Of a stretch of 31,009 nt of DNA, positions 18,145-25,713 are shown piece after piece (position 1 is the first letter of the stretch; every line of letters starts with the position of its first letter). The position numbers were made by a program, and so were the translations under genes. Origin of the DNA: Fibrobacteria bacterium (GTDB lineage: Bacteria; Fibrobacterota; Fibrobacteria; UBA11236). The stretch is taken from contig JBJHDK010000025.1 in the NCBI GenBank assembly GCA_050486505.1, positions 1 through 31,009 on the forward strand. Direction: 5' to 3'. The notes under the pieces were generated by a model. The model had not been told where the DNA came from and ran no database searches. It saw only the letters and a list, made by a program, of their open reading frames with translations.

Positions 18145-19491
18145 TTAGTTGCCCGCGATGGCGTCTCTTCGCGCGTCTTCGAACGGTTGCGAATGCCGTG
18201 CCCAGTCGCGAATCACAAGGCCGGCAAGTTCGCTTGCGTGCACTGCGAGATAATCCCTGTTGATGAGCATGACCGCAACGGCGATGCCGTCGTCGGGATT
18301 GTCGCGCCGCTGGGCGTAGCCGACGAACCACTCGTAGCGTCCCGGAGGATCGCGTCCCGTGAGCGACCCCGTCTTTCCGCCCATTTGCAGGTTCCGCATG
18401 TCCTGGGCGGTCATGTTGCGCTGGAATCCGCGCCGCGCCGTTCCCGAGGTCACGGTCGCCTCCATCAATGCGCGCAACTGTTCCAGTGCCTGCGGAGAAA
18501 GAATCGGGGTCTCGTCGTCCATGGACGGCAGGGAAACCATCCGCGTGCCGTCGAGGGTTTGCAGGCCGTCGGTGAAGCGCAGCGGAAGCAGGCGGCCGTC
18601 GCGGCCGATGGCGCGGGCGATTTGTAGTGCGTGCAGGGGCGAGATCGTGGTGGCGCGCGTGAAGCCGCTGGCCGCTTCGGCGAGGCCGAAGCCCGTGTCG
18701 GGCGCGACGTAGCGACTGAAGGCCGGGTCAAGGCCCGACGCGACCTCGAGGGAACGGTTGAACCCGAGTCGTTCTGCCATGGAATGCAGGGGCTCGGGGC
18801 CAAGTTGCATTCCCAGCAGGCCGAATGTGGGGTTCACCGAGCGGGCAAAGGCGCTCTGCAGGGTGACCGTGGGATAGCGTCCGTGGGTTGGGATCCGCAG
18901 TTGATTGCGATAGAGGGTGTAGGCTCCGCCGATCAGGGGAAGGTTGTCGCGCGGTGCGTGCACGCCGTTCTCGAGAACCGCCGCGGCGGTCACGATTTTC
19001 GCCAGGGATGCGGCAGGATAGGTGGTTCCGAAGGCCAGCTGCGGGCTTGTCCGTGTTCCCGTCGAGTCCCGCTCGGCCACGACCCGGATTTGACCTGTCC
19101 GCAGATCGCAGACCACGACCACCGCCGACTGGGGACGGTAGCGATTCAGCCAGCGGACGGTTCGGGTCTGCAGCGCTTCATCGGGACTGTACCGGGTCAC
19201 CCAGCGGTCACCGCGCAGGGTCAGGGTGTCTTGCCGTGGAAAAGACGCCGGAACAGGAAGCACCGGACGGCCCTCGCGCTCGGCGATTCTGACCGGATCC
19301 GGTCCCGGGCGGGATGCAGCGGCGTAGAACGTCGCGGCAGCAGCGAGAGCGAGCAGGAACAGCAAGGGAAAGAAGCGACGCCCCCGGCGGCGTGGAGGGG
19401 AAGACGGTGGCAGGGAAGGGGGACGCACAAACCGCACGCCTCCCGGCTTGTGCGGGGTGATGAGCGGCTGGCGGTCGCGGCGGGGAACCAT
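18145..19491 (-). CDS. Penicillin-binding protein, transpeptidase domain with one N-terminal TM
   Basis: YPAASLAK (SxxK), SVN (SxN), GGKTGS (KTG), WFVGYA; ATG overlaps the orn stop (TGATG). Confidence 0.88.
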   Translation of the reverse strand: MVPRRDRQPLITPHKPGGVRFVRPPSLPPSSPPRRRGRRFFPLLFLLALAAAATFYAAASRPGPDPVRIAEREGRPVLPVPASFPRQDTLTLRGDRWVTRYSPDEALQTRTVRWLNRYRPQSAVVVVCDLRTGQIRVVAERDSTGTRTSPQLAFGTTYPAASLAKIVTAAAVLENGVHAPRDNLPLIGGAYTLYRNQLRIPTHGRYPTVTLQSAFARSVNPTFGLLGMQLGPEPLHSMAERLGFNRSLEVASGLDPAFSRYVAPDTGFGLAEAASGFTRATTISPLHALQIARAIGRDGRLLPLRFTDGLQTLDGTRMVSLPSMDDETPILSPQALEQLRALMEATVTSGTARRGFQRNMTAQDMRNLQMGGKTGSLTGRDPPGRYEWFVGYAQRRDNPDDGIAVAVMLINRDYLAVHASELAGLVIRDWARHSQPFEDARRDAIAGN

Positions 19492-20060
19492 CAGGCGCTT
19501 CCGGGCTCCGTAAGTGCGTTGGCGGGTGCGGGAACGAAAAGATGCTCGCGGTAATGGCGCATTTCCTCGATGGACTCGCGGATGTCGGCGAGCGCGAGGT
19601 GCGTCTCGGATTTCTTGAATGGCGGCATGCCGGGATACCAGCGACGCGCGAGTTCTTTCAGCGTGCTGACATCGACGATGCGGTAGTGGAAGAAACGCTC
19701 GAGGGCCGGCATGTGGCGGGCGAGAAAGCGGCGGTCCTGCCAGATCGAATTCCCGCACAGGGGAATTTTTCCCGGGGGAAGTTGCGCGGCGAGAAACTCC
19801 AGGGTCTTTGCCTCGGCGGTGGCCATGCTTTCGGAGGAGGCGCGCACGCGGTCGAGCAGGCCCGATTTTTTGTGCTGCCGCTGGTTCCACTCGTCCATTC
19901 CCGCCAGCCGGGCTTCTTCGGCATGAATGGCCAGAACCGGCCCCTCGGACACCGTGTTGAGATCACCGTCCGTAACGATCGTGGCGATTTCGAGGATCAC
20001 GTCGCGATCCGGGTCCAGGCCGGTCATTTCGAGATCGATCCAGACGAGGTGGTTTTCCAT
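19491..20060 (-). CDS. orn: Oligoribonuclease
   Basis: [51 protein letters not shown]. Confidence 0.97.
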   Translation of the reverse strand: MENHLVWIDLEMTGLDPDRDVILEIATIVTDGDLNTVSEGPVLAIHAEEARLAGMDEWNQRQHKKSGLLDRVRASSESMATAEAKTLEFLAAQLPPGKIPLCGNSIWQDRRFLARHMPALERFFHYRIVDVSTLKELARRWYPGMPPFKKSETHLALADIRESIEEMRHYREHLFVPAPANALTEPGSA

Positions 20061-20154
20061 GCGGGTGCCGTTTCCTAATTTTTCGGGCCTGAGACGTGAT
20101 TCAAGCTAGAAAAACGGCCGGATGAAGCCTCGTCCGGCGGGAAAAGGGGAACAC

Positions 20155-21399
20155 ATGGTATCCGAACGCGAGGTCGTTGTTACAGGCATGGGAATTGTCA
20201 GCCCGTTGGGGCATGACGTGGACACCTACTTCGCGAACCTGCTGGCGGGGAAGAGCGGGATCGCCCCGATCGAACGCTTCGATGCTTCCGCGTATAGCAC
20301 GAACTTTGCGGGTGAGGTGCGTGGCTTTGACCCGACCCGGCACTTCGAGGCCAAGGAAGCGCAACGCACCAGCCGCTACATCCAGTACCTCATGCACGCC
20401 TCGCTGCAGGCCGTGAAGCAGGCGGGACTCGACACCCGGCCACCCGATTTGGACAGGGCCGGAATCATTCTCGGTTCCGGAATGGGGGGGATCGAAGTCT
20501 TCACCGAGAACGCCGTGCTGCTGGGCACCAAGGGGCCGAAGCGGGTTTCCCCGTTCTTCATTCCCATGGCCATCACCAACATGGGATCCGGGATGGTGTC
20601 CATTCGCCTGGGATGGCGTGGCCCCAATTGGACCGTCACCTCCGCGTGCGCCACGGCCAACCATGCCCTGGCCACCGCCGCCGACCAGATCCGCCTGGGT
20701 CGTGCCGACGTGATGCTGGCCGGTGGCGCGGAAGAGGCCGTGTGTGCGGCTTCGCTGGCCGGGTTCTCCAACATGCGCGCGCTTTCCCGCCGCAACGATG
20801 ATCCGCAGCGTGCCTCGCGTCCGTTCGACAAGGACCGTGACGGCTTCGTGCTCGGGGAAGGCGGCGGGGCCTTGGTGCTTGAATCGCGGGCGCACGCCGA
20901 GGCGCGCGGCGCCAAAATCCTGGCGGTACTGCGCGGATACGGCATGAGCGGGGACGCGCATCACATGTCCGCGCCGTTGGATTCAGGGGAGATGGTGGCC
21001 AAGGCCGTTTCAGCAGCCTTGGCCGACGCGGGCCTCAAGCCCGAGGACATCGGCGTGGTGAACGGCCACGCAACCTCCACGCCGCTGGGGGATGTCGCGG
21101 AGATCAAGGCGCTGGGGCGCGTGTTCGGCGATCACCTGGGCAAGATGAAGGTGCACAGCACCAAGTCCATGATCGGGCATTTGCTGGGCGGCGCGTCCGC
21201 CGTGGAGGCCATCGCCTTGGTGATGACGCTGAACTCCGGAAAGGTGCATCCCACGCTCAACGTGGAGAACCAGGATCCGGAGTGCCCGGTTGATTGCTCT
21301 CCGAACGTGGCATCCGGGACGACGGCGCGCTTCGGGATCAGCAACTCGTTCGGCTTCGGCGGGCACAACAGCTGTGTGGTGTTCGAGAAGGGGCGGTAA
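20155..21399 (+). CDS. fabF: 3-oxoacyl-ACP synthase II
   Basis: VVVTGMG.VSPLG, SACAT (Cys), SRPFDKDRDGFVLGEG, NGHATST and KSMIGHLLG (His-His), SNSFGFGGHN. Confidence 0.95.
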   Translation: MVSEREVVVTGMGIVSPLGHDVDTYFANLLAGKSGIAPIERFDASAYSTNFAGEVRGFDPTRHFEAKEAQRTSRYIQYLMHASLQAVKQAGLDTRPPDLDRAGIILGSGMGGIEVFTENAVLLGTKGPKRVSPFFIPMAITNMGSGMVSIRLGWRGPNWTVTSACATANHALATAADQIRLGRADVMLAGGAEEAVCAASLAGFSNMRALSRRNDDPQRASRPFDKDRDGFVLGEGGGALVLESRAHAEARGAKILAVLRGYGMSGDAHHMSAPLDSGEMVAKAVSAALADAGLKPEDIGVVNGHATSTPLGDVAEIKALGRVFGDHLGKMKVHSTKSMIGHLLGGASAVEAIALVMTLNSGKVHPTLNVENQDPECPVDCSPNVASGTTARFGISNSFGFGGHNSCVVFEKGR

Positions 21400-21442
21400 A
21401 AGGACAGGGGTGCATTACGTGCCCCACACTTCAGCATCCCGG

Positions 21443-21477
21443 TAAAAAACGCCACCCCTGCGGGGTGGCGTTTTTTA
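21443..21477. terminator. Bidirectional intrinsic terminator between fabF and ccsA
   Basis: TAAAAAACGCCACCCC...GGGGTGGCGTTTTTTA inverted repeat with A tract and T tract, between convergent genes. Confidence 0.9.
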
Positions 21478-21500
21478 CTTGAGGGCTTCCGGAAGAACAG

Positions 21501-23570
21501 TCAGGTCTCTATCCCCAACTGCTTTCGGCGCACCAGGGTCAACACCCAGACGGCGAAGAGGAAAACGAATTCAGCCCCGATGTAGCTGAAGAGTTTCAGG
21601 GCCGCCCCGGAGGTGAAACCGTAGGAATGCAGCCCTACGTTGAGCAGGTTCACGCCCTGCCAGGCAAGGCTTACGATCACTGCGCCGATTACCGCACCCG
21701 CGGCCATGCCGGTCTCGCGAATGACGCCCCATTGCTTGGCGTGCAACAGGATGGCACACCACAGGACGATCAGCAAAGCGCCGTTTTCCTTGGGGTCCCA
21801 ACCCCAGAAGCGCCCCCAGCTTTGGTCGGCCCAGATGCCTCCCAGGACCGTTCCGATGAATGAGAAGAGCAGGCCAAAGCACAGGGTGCCGTAAATCATG
21901 CGGTCGGTTTCGCGCAGCGAAGTGCGGGTCGCGGCGTCGGGATTCGGGGTCCATGCGCCGCGCACGAGGCGGATGTGCGCGATGGCTCCGGAGAGCACAC
22001 AGGCGGCGTAGCCGATGGTGATGGTGATCACGTGGGTTGAAAGCCAGAAGTTGCTGTCGAGAACCGCAACCAGGACCTGCTTGGTGTCCCCGTCGGTCGC
22101 ATACCGGCTGGCAATGGTCAGTAGCAAAGTCCCCAACATGCCCGAAGACAGCAGGGCGACCCCCTGCCGGCTCCTCCTCTCCAGGAAAAGGGCAATGGCG
22201 ATTGCGACAGCGGCTACGAAGGGGAAGGTTTCAAAGAGCGATGTCACCGGCGGGCGCCGCATGATGATGATGCGCGCGATGATTTCCGCGGTCAGCAGGA
22301 AAAGGCCGGTGCCGGAGAGGATCCAGGTCGCTGCATACAACACCCGCGTGCGGGAAAGGAAATAGGCAAAGCCTGCGAACATGGCGATCCAGAACAGGAC
22401 CGTGGAGACGAAGAGAGGGTTGATGCGGTTCTTGAACACTTCCAGGCCGAAGCTGGCCTTCTCCATGGCGGGCTCGAGCTCGCGGACCGAGGAGTTGAAG
22501 GCTTCGGCATGAGACGCGAAGCGCTCCGCATCGCCTTCGCGGTAGGCTTCGGTCATGCCTGCCATCGAGGAGGCCAGTGCGTGCAGGCGCTGCAGCAGTG
22601 CGGGCTGCACGACGACCTCGGGGGGGCTCAACCAGCGGTTGCCGCCATCCGGGTCGGGAACCACAAGCATGAGGGACGCCGATCCGGTCTGCGACTGGAG
22701 GTACATGGAGCGCGACAGGCGCATGACCTCGTTTTCAAGCGGGGAAAATTCAGCGTCGCCGCTCCGGCTGATGCCGTCGAGGATTGCCGCCATGCGCGGG
22801 GCGCGCTCCATCAATTCCCAGAAGGAGGCGGTGGGCCCCTTGTCGGGCAGGTTCAAGGCTTCACGGGTTTCGGGCAACGCGACGATGAGGGACGCCGTGG
22901 GCAACGCGAACTGTAACGACCGCGTCAGACTGAGGAAGGACGCGACGTTGTAGAACGTGCGCAAGATCTCCTGTTCAACCACGCCACGGTCTTCGGGTTC
23001 CACCGAATCGGCCCGGGCCGCGAGAACCTGCAGGCGTTCGAGGGAAGGCTCGATTTCGCGGTAGGAGTAGAGGCGGCTTTTGCGCGGCGTGATTTCAATG
23101 GCGTTGGCGACATCGGGGTTGTCGATGCGGAAAATTTGCAGGTCGCCTGTTTTTTCAGGAGCGAAGGCGATGTCCGCGAACACCGAGATCGCCGGGCGTC
23201 CCTCGTACGAGGACTTTCCGGACCACTGCAGGAGCAGGTGGCGGGCGAAGGTATCCATCGGTTTCAGGCGCCCGTCGTGCAGCACGGCCATGGTTGCGAA
23301 GGGACGCAAGTCGGTGGCAGGGAGCCCCTCGGCAGGGCGTCCGAGATCCTCGGGGAGCAAGGTATAGACGTCGCCGAGCTTGAGTTCGCCGAATTCCCGG
23401 TCGAGTTTGGGGTCGGGAAGCCCCGGTGGGTCGGGAGAAATGATCGATTCGGTGGGCTCTTGCGCGGGGCTGGACGAGCTGTAGCCACCGCCGTATTGGG
23501 CGAACAACGGCATGGCCGTGGCTGAAAGGAGAAGGGCCAGGGCCGGTGTGCGGATGTTTTTCATGCTCAT
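21501..23570 (-). CDS. ccsA: Cytochrome c biogenesis protein CcsA/ResC with large N-terminal exported domain
   Basis: WWD domain LGGIWADQSWGRFWGWDPKEN; His motifs WLSTHV, LLHA, GLHSYG; RPPVTSLFE; N-terminal signal peptide; GRLKPMDTFAR. Confidence 0.93.
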   Translation of the reverse strand: MSMKNIRTPALALLLSATAMPLFAQYGGGYSSSSPAQEPTESIISPDPPGLPDPKLDREFGELKLGDVYTLLPEDLGRPAEGLPATDLRPFATMAVLHDGRLKPMDTFARHLLLQWSGKSSYEGRPAISVFADIAFAPEKTGDLQIFRIDNPDVANAIEITPRKSRLYSYREIEPSLERLQVLAARADSVEPEDRGVVEQEILRTFYNVASFLSLTRSLQFALPTASLIVALPETREALNLPDKGPTASFWELMERAPRMAAILDGISRSGDAEFSPLENEVMRLSRSMYLQSQTGSASLMLVVPDPDGGNRWLSPPEVVVQPALLQRLHALASSMAGMTEAYREGDAERFASHAEAFNSSVRELEPAMEKASFGLEVFKNRINPLFVSTVLFWIAMFAGFAYFLSRTRVLYAATWILSGTGLFLLTAEIIARIIIMRRPPVTSLFETFPFVAAVAIAIALFLERRSRQGVALLSSGMLGTLLLTIASRYATDGDTKQVLVAVLDSNFWLSTHVITITIGYAACVLSGAIAHIRLVRGAWTPNPDAATRTSLRETDRMIYGTLCFGLLFSFIGTVLGGIWADQSWGRFWGWDPKENGALLIVLWCAILLHAKQWGVIRETGMAAGAVIGAVIVSLAWQGVNLLNVGLHSYGFTSGAALKLFSYIGAEFVFLFAVWVLTLVRRKQLGIET

Positions 23571-24706
23571 GGTCGGGCCGTCCTCTTGACGTACCCCAGG
23601 AAGTGAAGGGCGAAGTGAAGCAGCATGCCGGCGAAAATCATGATGCTGCTGATGTACGGGATCAGTCGACCGGGATTGGTCACGACAGCGAGTGTCGAAT
23701 GCGTTCCCTCCGCGTCCAGGATGAAACTGGCCTGGTAGAATGTGTAGCCCTTGTACCGCAACGGATTATTCATCCAGATGCGAACGGGCCGTGAAGAGAG
23801 GCCGTCGATGAGGTCAAGGTGGCTTTCGTATGCCTTGGCGACGTCGGTTCCCGGGTGCATTTCGCGCACGAACTTGTTGAGCTTCAACGCGAAATCGAGC
23901 GGGTAGTTCTGCCTGCGGAGCTGGAAGAACACACGCTGTCCTCCGACTGTGAGAGCCAGCGGGCGTGGCTCGAGTCCGAAGAGCAGGATTTCCCGATCCG
24001 GTTGGCCGTCTTCGCTCAAGGTCGCGATGAGCCCCGGTGAATTTTGGGGGGCCTCTTTTTCGGGGCGACGCAACTCGATGGATGCCACGCCCGAGGCGTT
24101 GAGATAGGGGAGCGTTCCGCCCGTCACTGCGGATGTAAAGGCCGCTGCATTGGGATAGTATTGGCGTATCGTCAGTCGCGCGGGGTGGGGGGAGAGGTCC
24201 AGCACGGCTCCACGGCGCAAATCCCTGTCGGTATAGGCGATGACATCGTTGGTATCGCCCCGGGTCGTCCAGGCGGCGGCCTCCCAGTGGTGGTAGGAGG
24301 TGGTGTAGTGCCCCGTCTCTCCCTCCGCCAGGGTGAGCTGCGACTCCACGGCCATTTGCTCGGTGATGAATCCGCCGACGAGAAGCAGAAGCAGGCCACC
24401 GTGCGTGATCCACAGTCCGAGTTTTTTCCAGTGGAGGGGCAGGATGAAGGCCATCATCAGCATGAGCTGAATGGCGAGAACCCAAAGGACCAGTCCGGTC
24501 CCGGGGAACGGGAAGACCCCGCCGACCCAGATGATGTATCCGAAAAAGACGCGGATCGCCTCGTAAAGCCCATGGTCGGCCTGGTAGAGCGTTCCGAAGA
24601 ACACCAGCAGGATCAGCAGAAAAAGGCACGTCAGAGTGATGGAGGGGTGGAGCAGCCCGCGCACGATCGGGTGGCGTGCAAGAAGCTTGCGTCTCTCGAG
24701 ATTCAT
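23567..24706 (-). CDS. ccsB: Cytochrome c biogenesis protein CcsB/ResB-like
   Basis: N-terminal TMs with FFGTLYQ and GLWITHGG (TM His); C-terminal I.MNNPLRYKGYTFYQASF...NPG..IPYI; overlaps ccsA. Confidence 0.85.
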   Translation of the reverse strand: MNLERRKLLARHPIVRGLLHPSITLTCLFLLILLVFFGTLYQADHGLYEAIRVFFGYIIWVGGVFPFPGTGLVLWVLAIQLMLMMAFILPLHWKKLGLWITHGGLLLLLVGGFITEQMAVESQLTLAEGETGHYTTSYHHWEAAAWTTRGDTNDVIAYTDRDLRRGAVLDLSPHPARLTIRQYYPNAAAFTSAVTGGTLPYLNASGVASIELRRPEKEAPQNSPGLIATLSEDGQPDREILLFGLEPRPLALTVGGQRVFFQLRRQNYPLDFALKLNKFVREMHPGTDVAKAYESHLDLIDGLSSRPVRIWMNNPLRYKGYTFYQASFILDAEGTHSTLAVVTNPGRLIPYISSIMIFAGMLLHFALHFLGYVKRTARP

Positions 24707-25320
24707 TGCCCCTCCCCGGTGCGGCTGACTGCCAGCGACGAGGCGAAGTCGATGATCTGCGGCTTGACCTTGCGCAAGACCTCCTTGTCGCCGATGGCGC
24801 GCACGAAAACCGAGTGGTCCTCCCCGATCATCAGGGCGCCGACGATGCTACGGGACTGCGTCAGGTCGCCCGAAAGCATGTTTGTGAAATCCACAACGAT
24901 TCCTGTTTCACCCGTGCGGGTCGCGATGGGCACGGCTTCCGCGATGGCCTGCCCCGCCTGACCGGGAATCAGGCCTACCTGTCCGAGCCACCGAACCACG
25001 TTTGCGTGCAGCCCCCCGCCGTCGCCGGCCAGTTGCACAAGGGAAACGTCGACCGAGCGAGGGTCCCGTTCACCCGTGTGGGCAAGCTCGGGGCGTGGGG
25101 CCCAGAATCCGACGATCCGCATCGGGTCGCCCTCGGGTTGCACGATCCATCCATCCGGCAGTGTCCAGTCGATTTCAATGGGGGCTGCGCTGCGCACCAC
25201 GCCATCGGGAGTCCTGAAGGCGATTTCTGAGTAGCGTCGGGGTTCCGGATCCCCACTGCAGGCGGAAATTGCCAGAATTCCAGGGATGCTTATGAGAGAG
25301 AGCAGCAGTTTTTTTCGCAT
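24703..25320 (-). CDS. Hypothetical lipoprotein, first gene of the ccs operon
   Basis: MRKK + hydrophobic stretch + ISAC lipobox; W.LPDGW, GG..ANV.RW.GQ.GL motif; ATGA overlap with ccsB. Confidence 0.75.
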   Translation of the reverse strand: MRKKLLLSLISIPGILAISACSGDPEPRRYSEIAFRTPDGVVRSAAPIEIDWTLPDGWIVQPEGDPMRIVGFWAPRPELAHTGERDPRSVDVSLVQLAGDGGGLHANVVRWLGQVGLIPGQAGQAIAEAVPIATRTGETGIVVDFTNMLSGDLTQSRSIVGALMIGEDHSVFVRAIGDKEVLRKVKPQIIDFASSLAVSRTGEGQ

Positions 25321-25587
25321 TTCGGCCCCAAAGTAGCAAGATCGGGTCGGCGAATCCCGGATTCCAAGGGTAACATTCCCTTAAATGACCGGTTTTCGAA
25401 ACCGGTCTCCTGTTTTTGTGTCACTCTTGGCGTGGATGGGGCTGACGCGCCGGCAAGGGCGAGCATCCGTGAATCATTGCAGAAAATCGTGATTTCACGA
25501 TGGTCAAATTAATATCAAATTTCAACATTTTCCTCAGAATCTGTTTTAAGTCTTTGTTCCGGGCGGGATTAGCCGGGGTTCGGTGAA

Positions 25588-25634
25588 GCACCATATCTTG
25601 TTGTTGGCTTCAAAAAAAACACAAGATTTAGTTG
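25588..25634 (+). promoter_or_regulatory. Tandem NrdR boxes upstream of nrdAB
   Basis: gCACCATATCTTGTtg (25588-25603) and aCACAAGATTTAGTtg (25619-25634) fit the acaCwAtATaTwGtg consensus; starts are 31 bp apart, the typical spacing. Confidence 0.85.
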
Positions 25635-25713
25635 TGTTTGCGCCGAAAGAGGTTAATTTCAGACAGCAGATTTTTTACACACACGTGCCGATTCAAGAAG
25701 GAGGCGTTGCGGA

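Noticed and set aside
13933..19890. N-terminal extensions in the ORF track for mrdA (13933), rodA (15842) and the PBP (19890); likewise nrdB (28164) and GGR (3308)
   Set aside because: The extensions mostly overlap neighbouring genes and have non-protein-like composition; downstream starts fit RBS, coupling or promoter positions better
25321..25713. Cobalamin riboswitch or other known riboswitch ahead of nrdAB
   Set aside because: No B12-box or other recognisable riboswitch core seen; the tandem NrdR boxes explain the regulation
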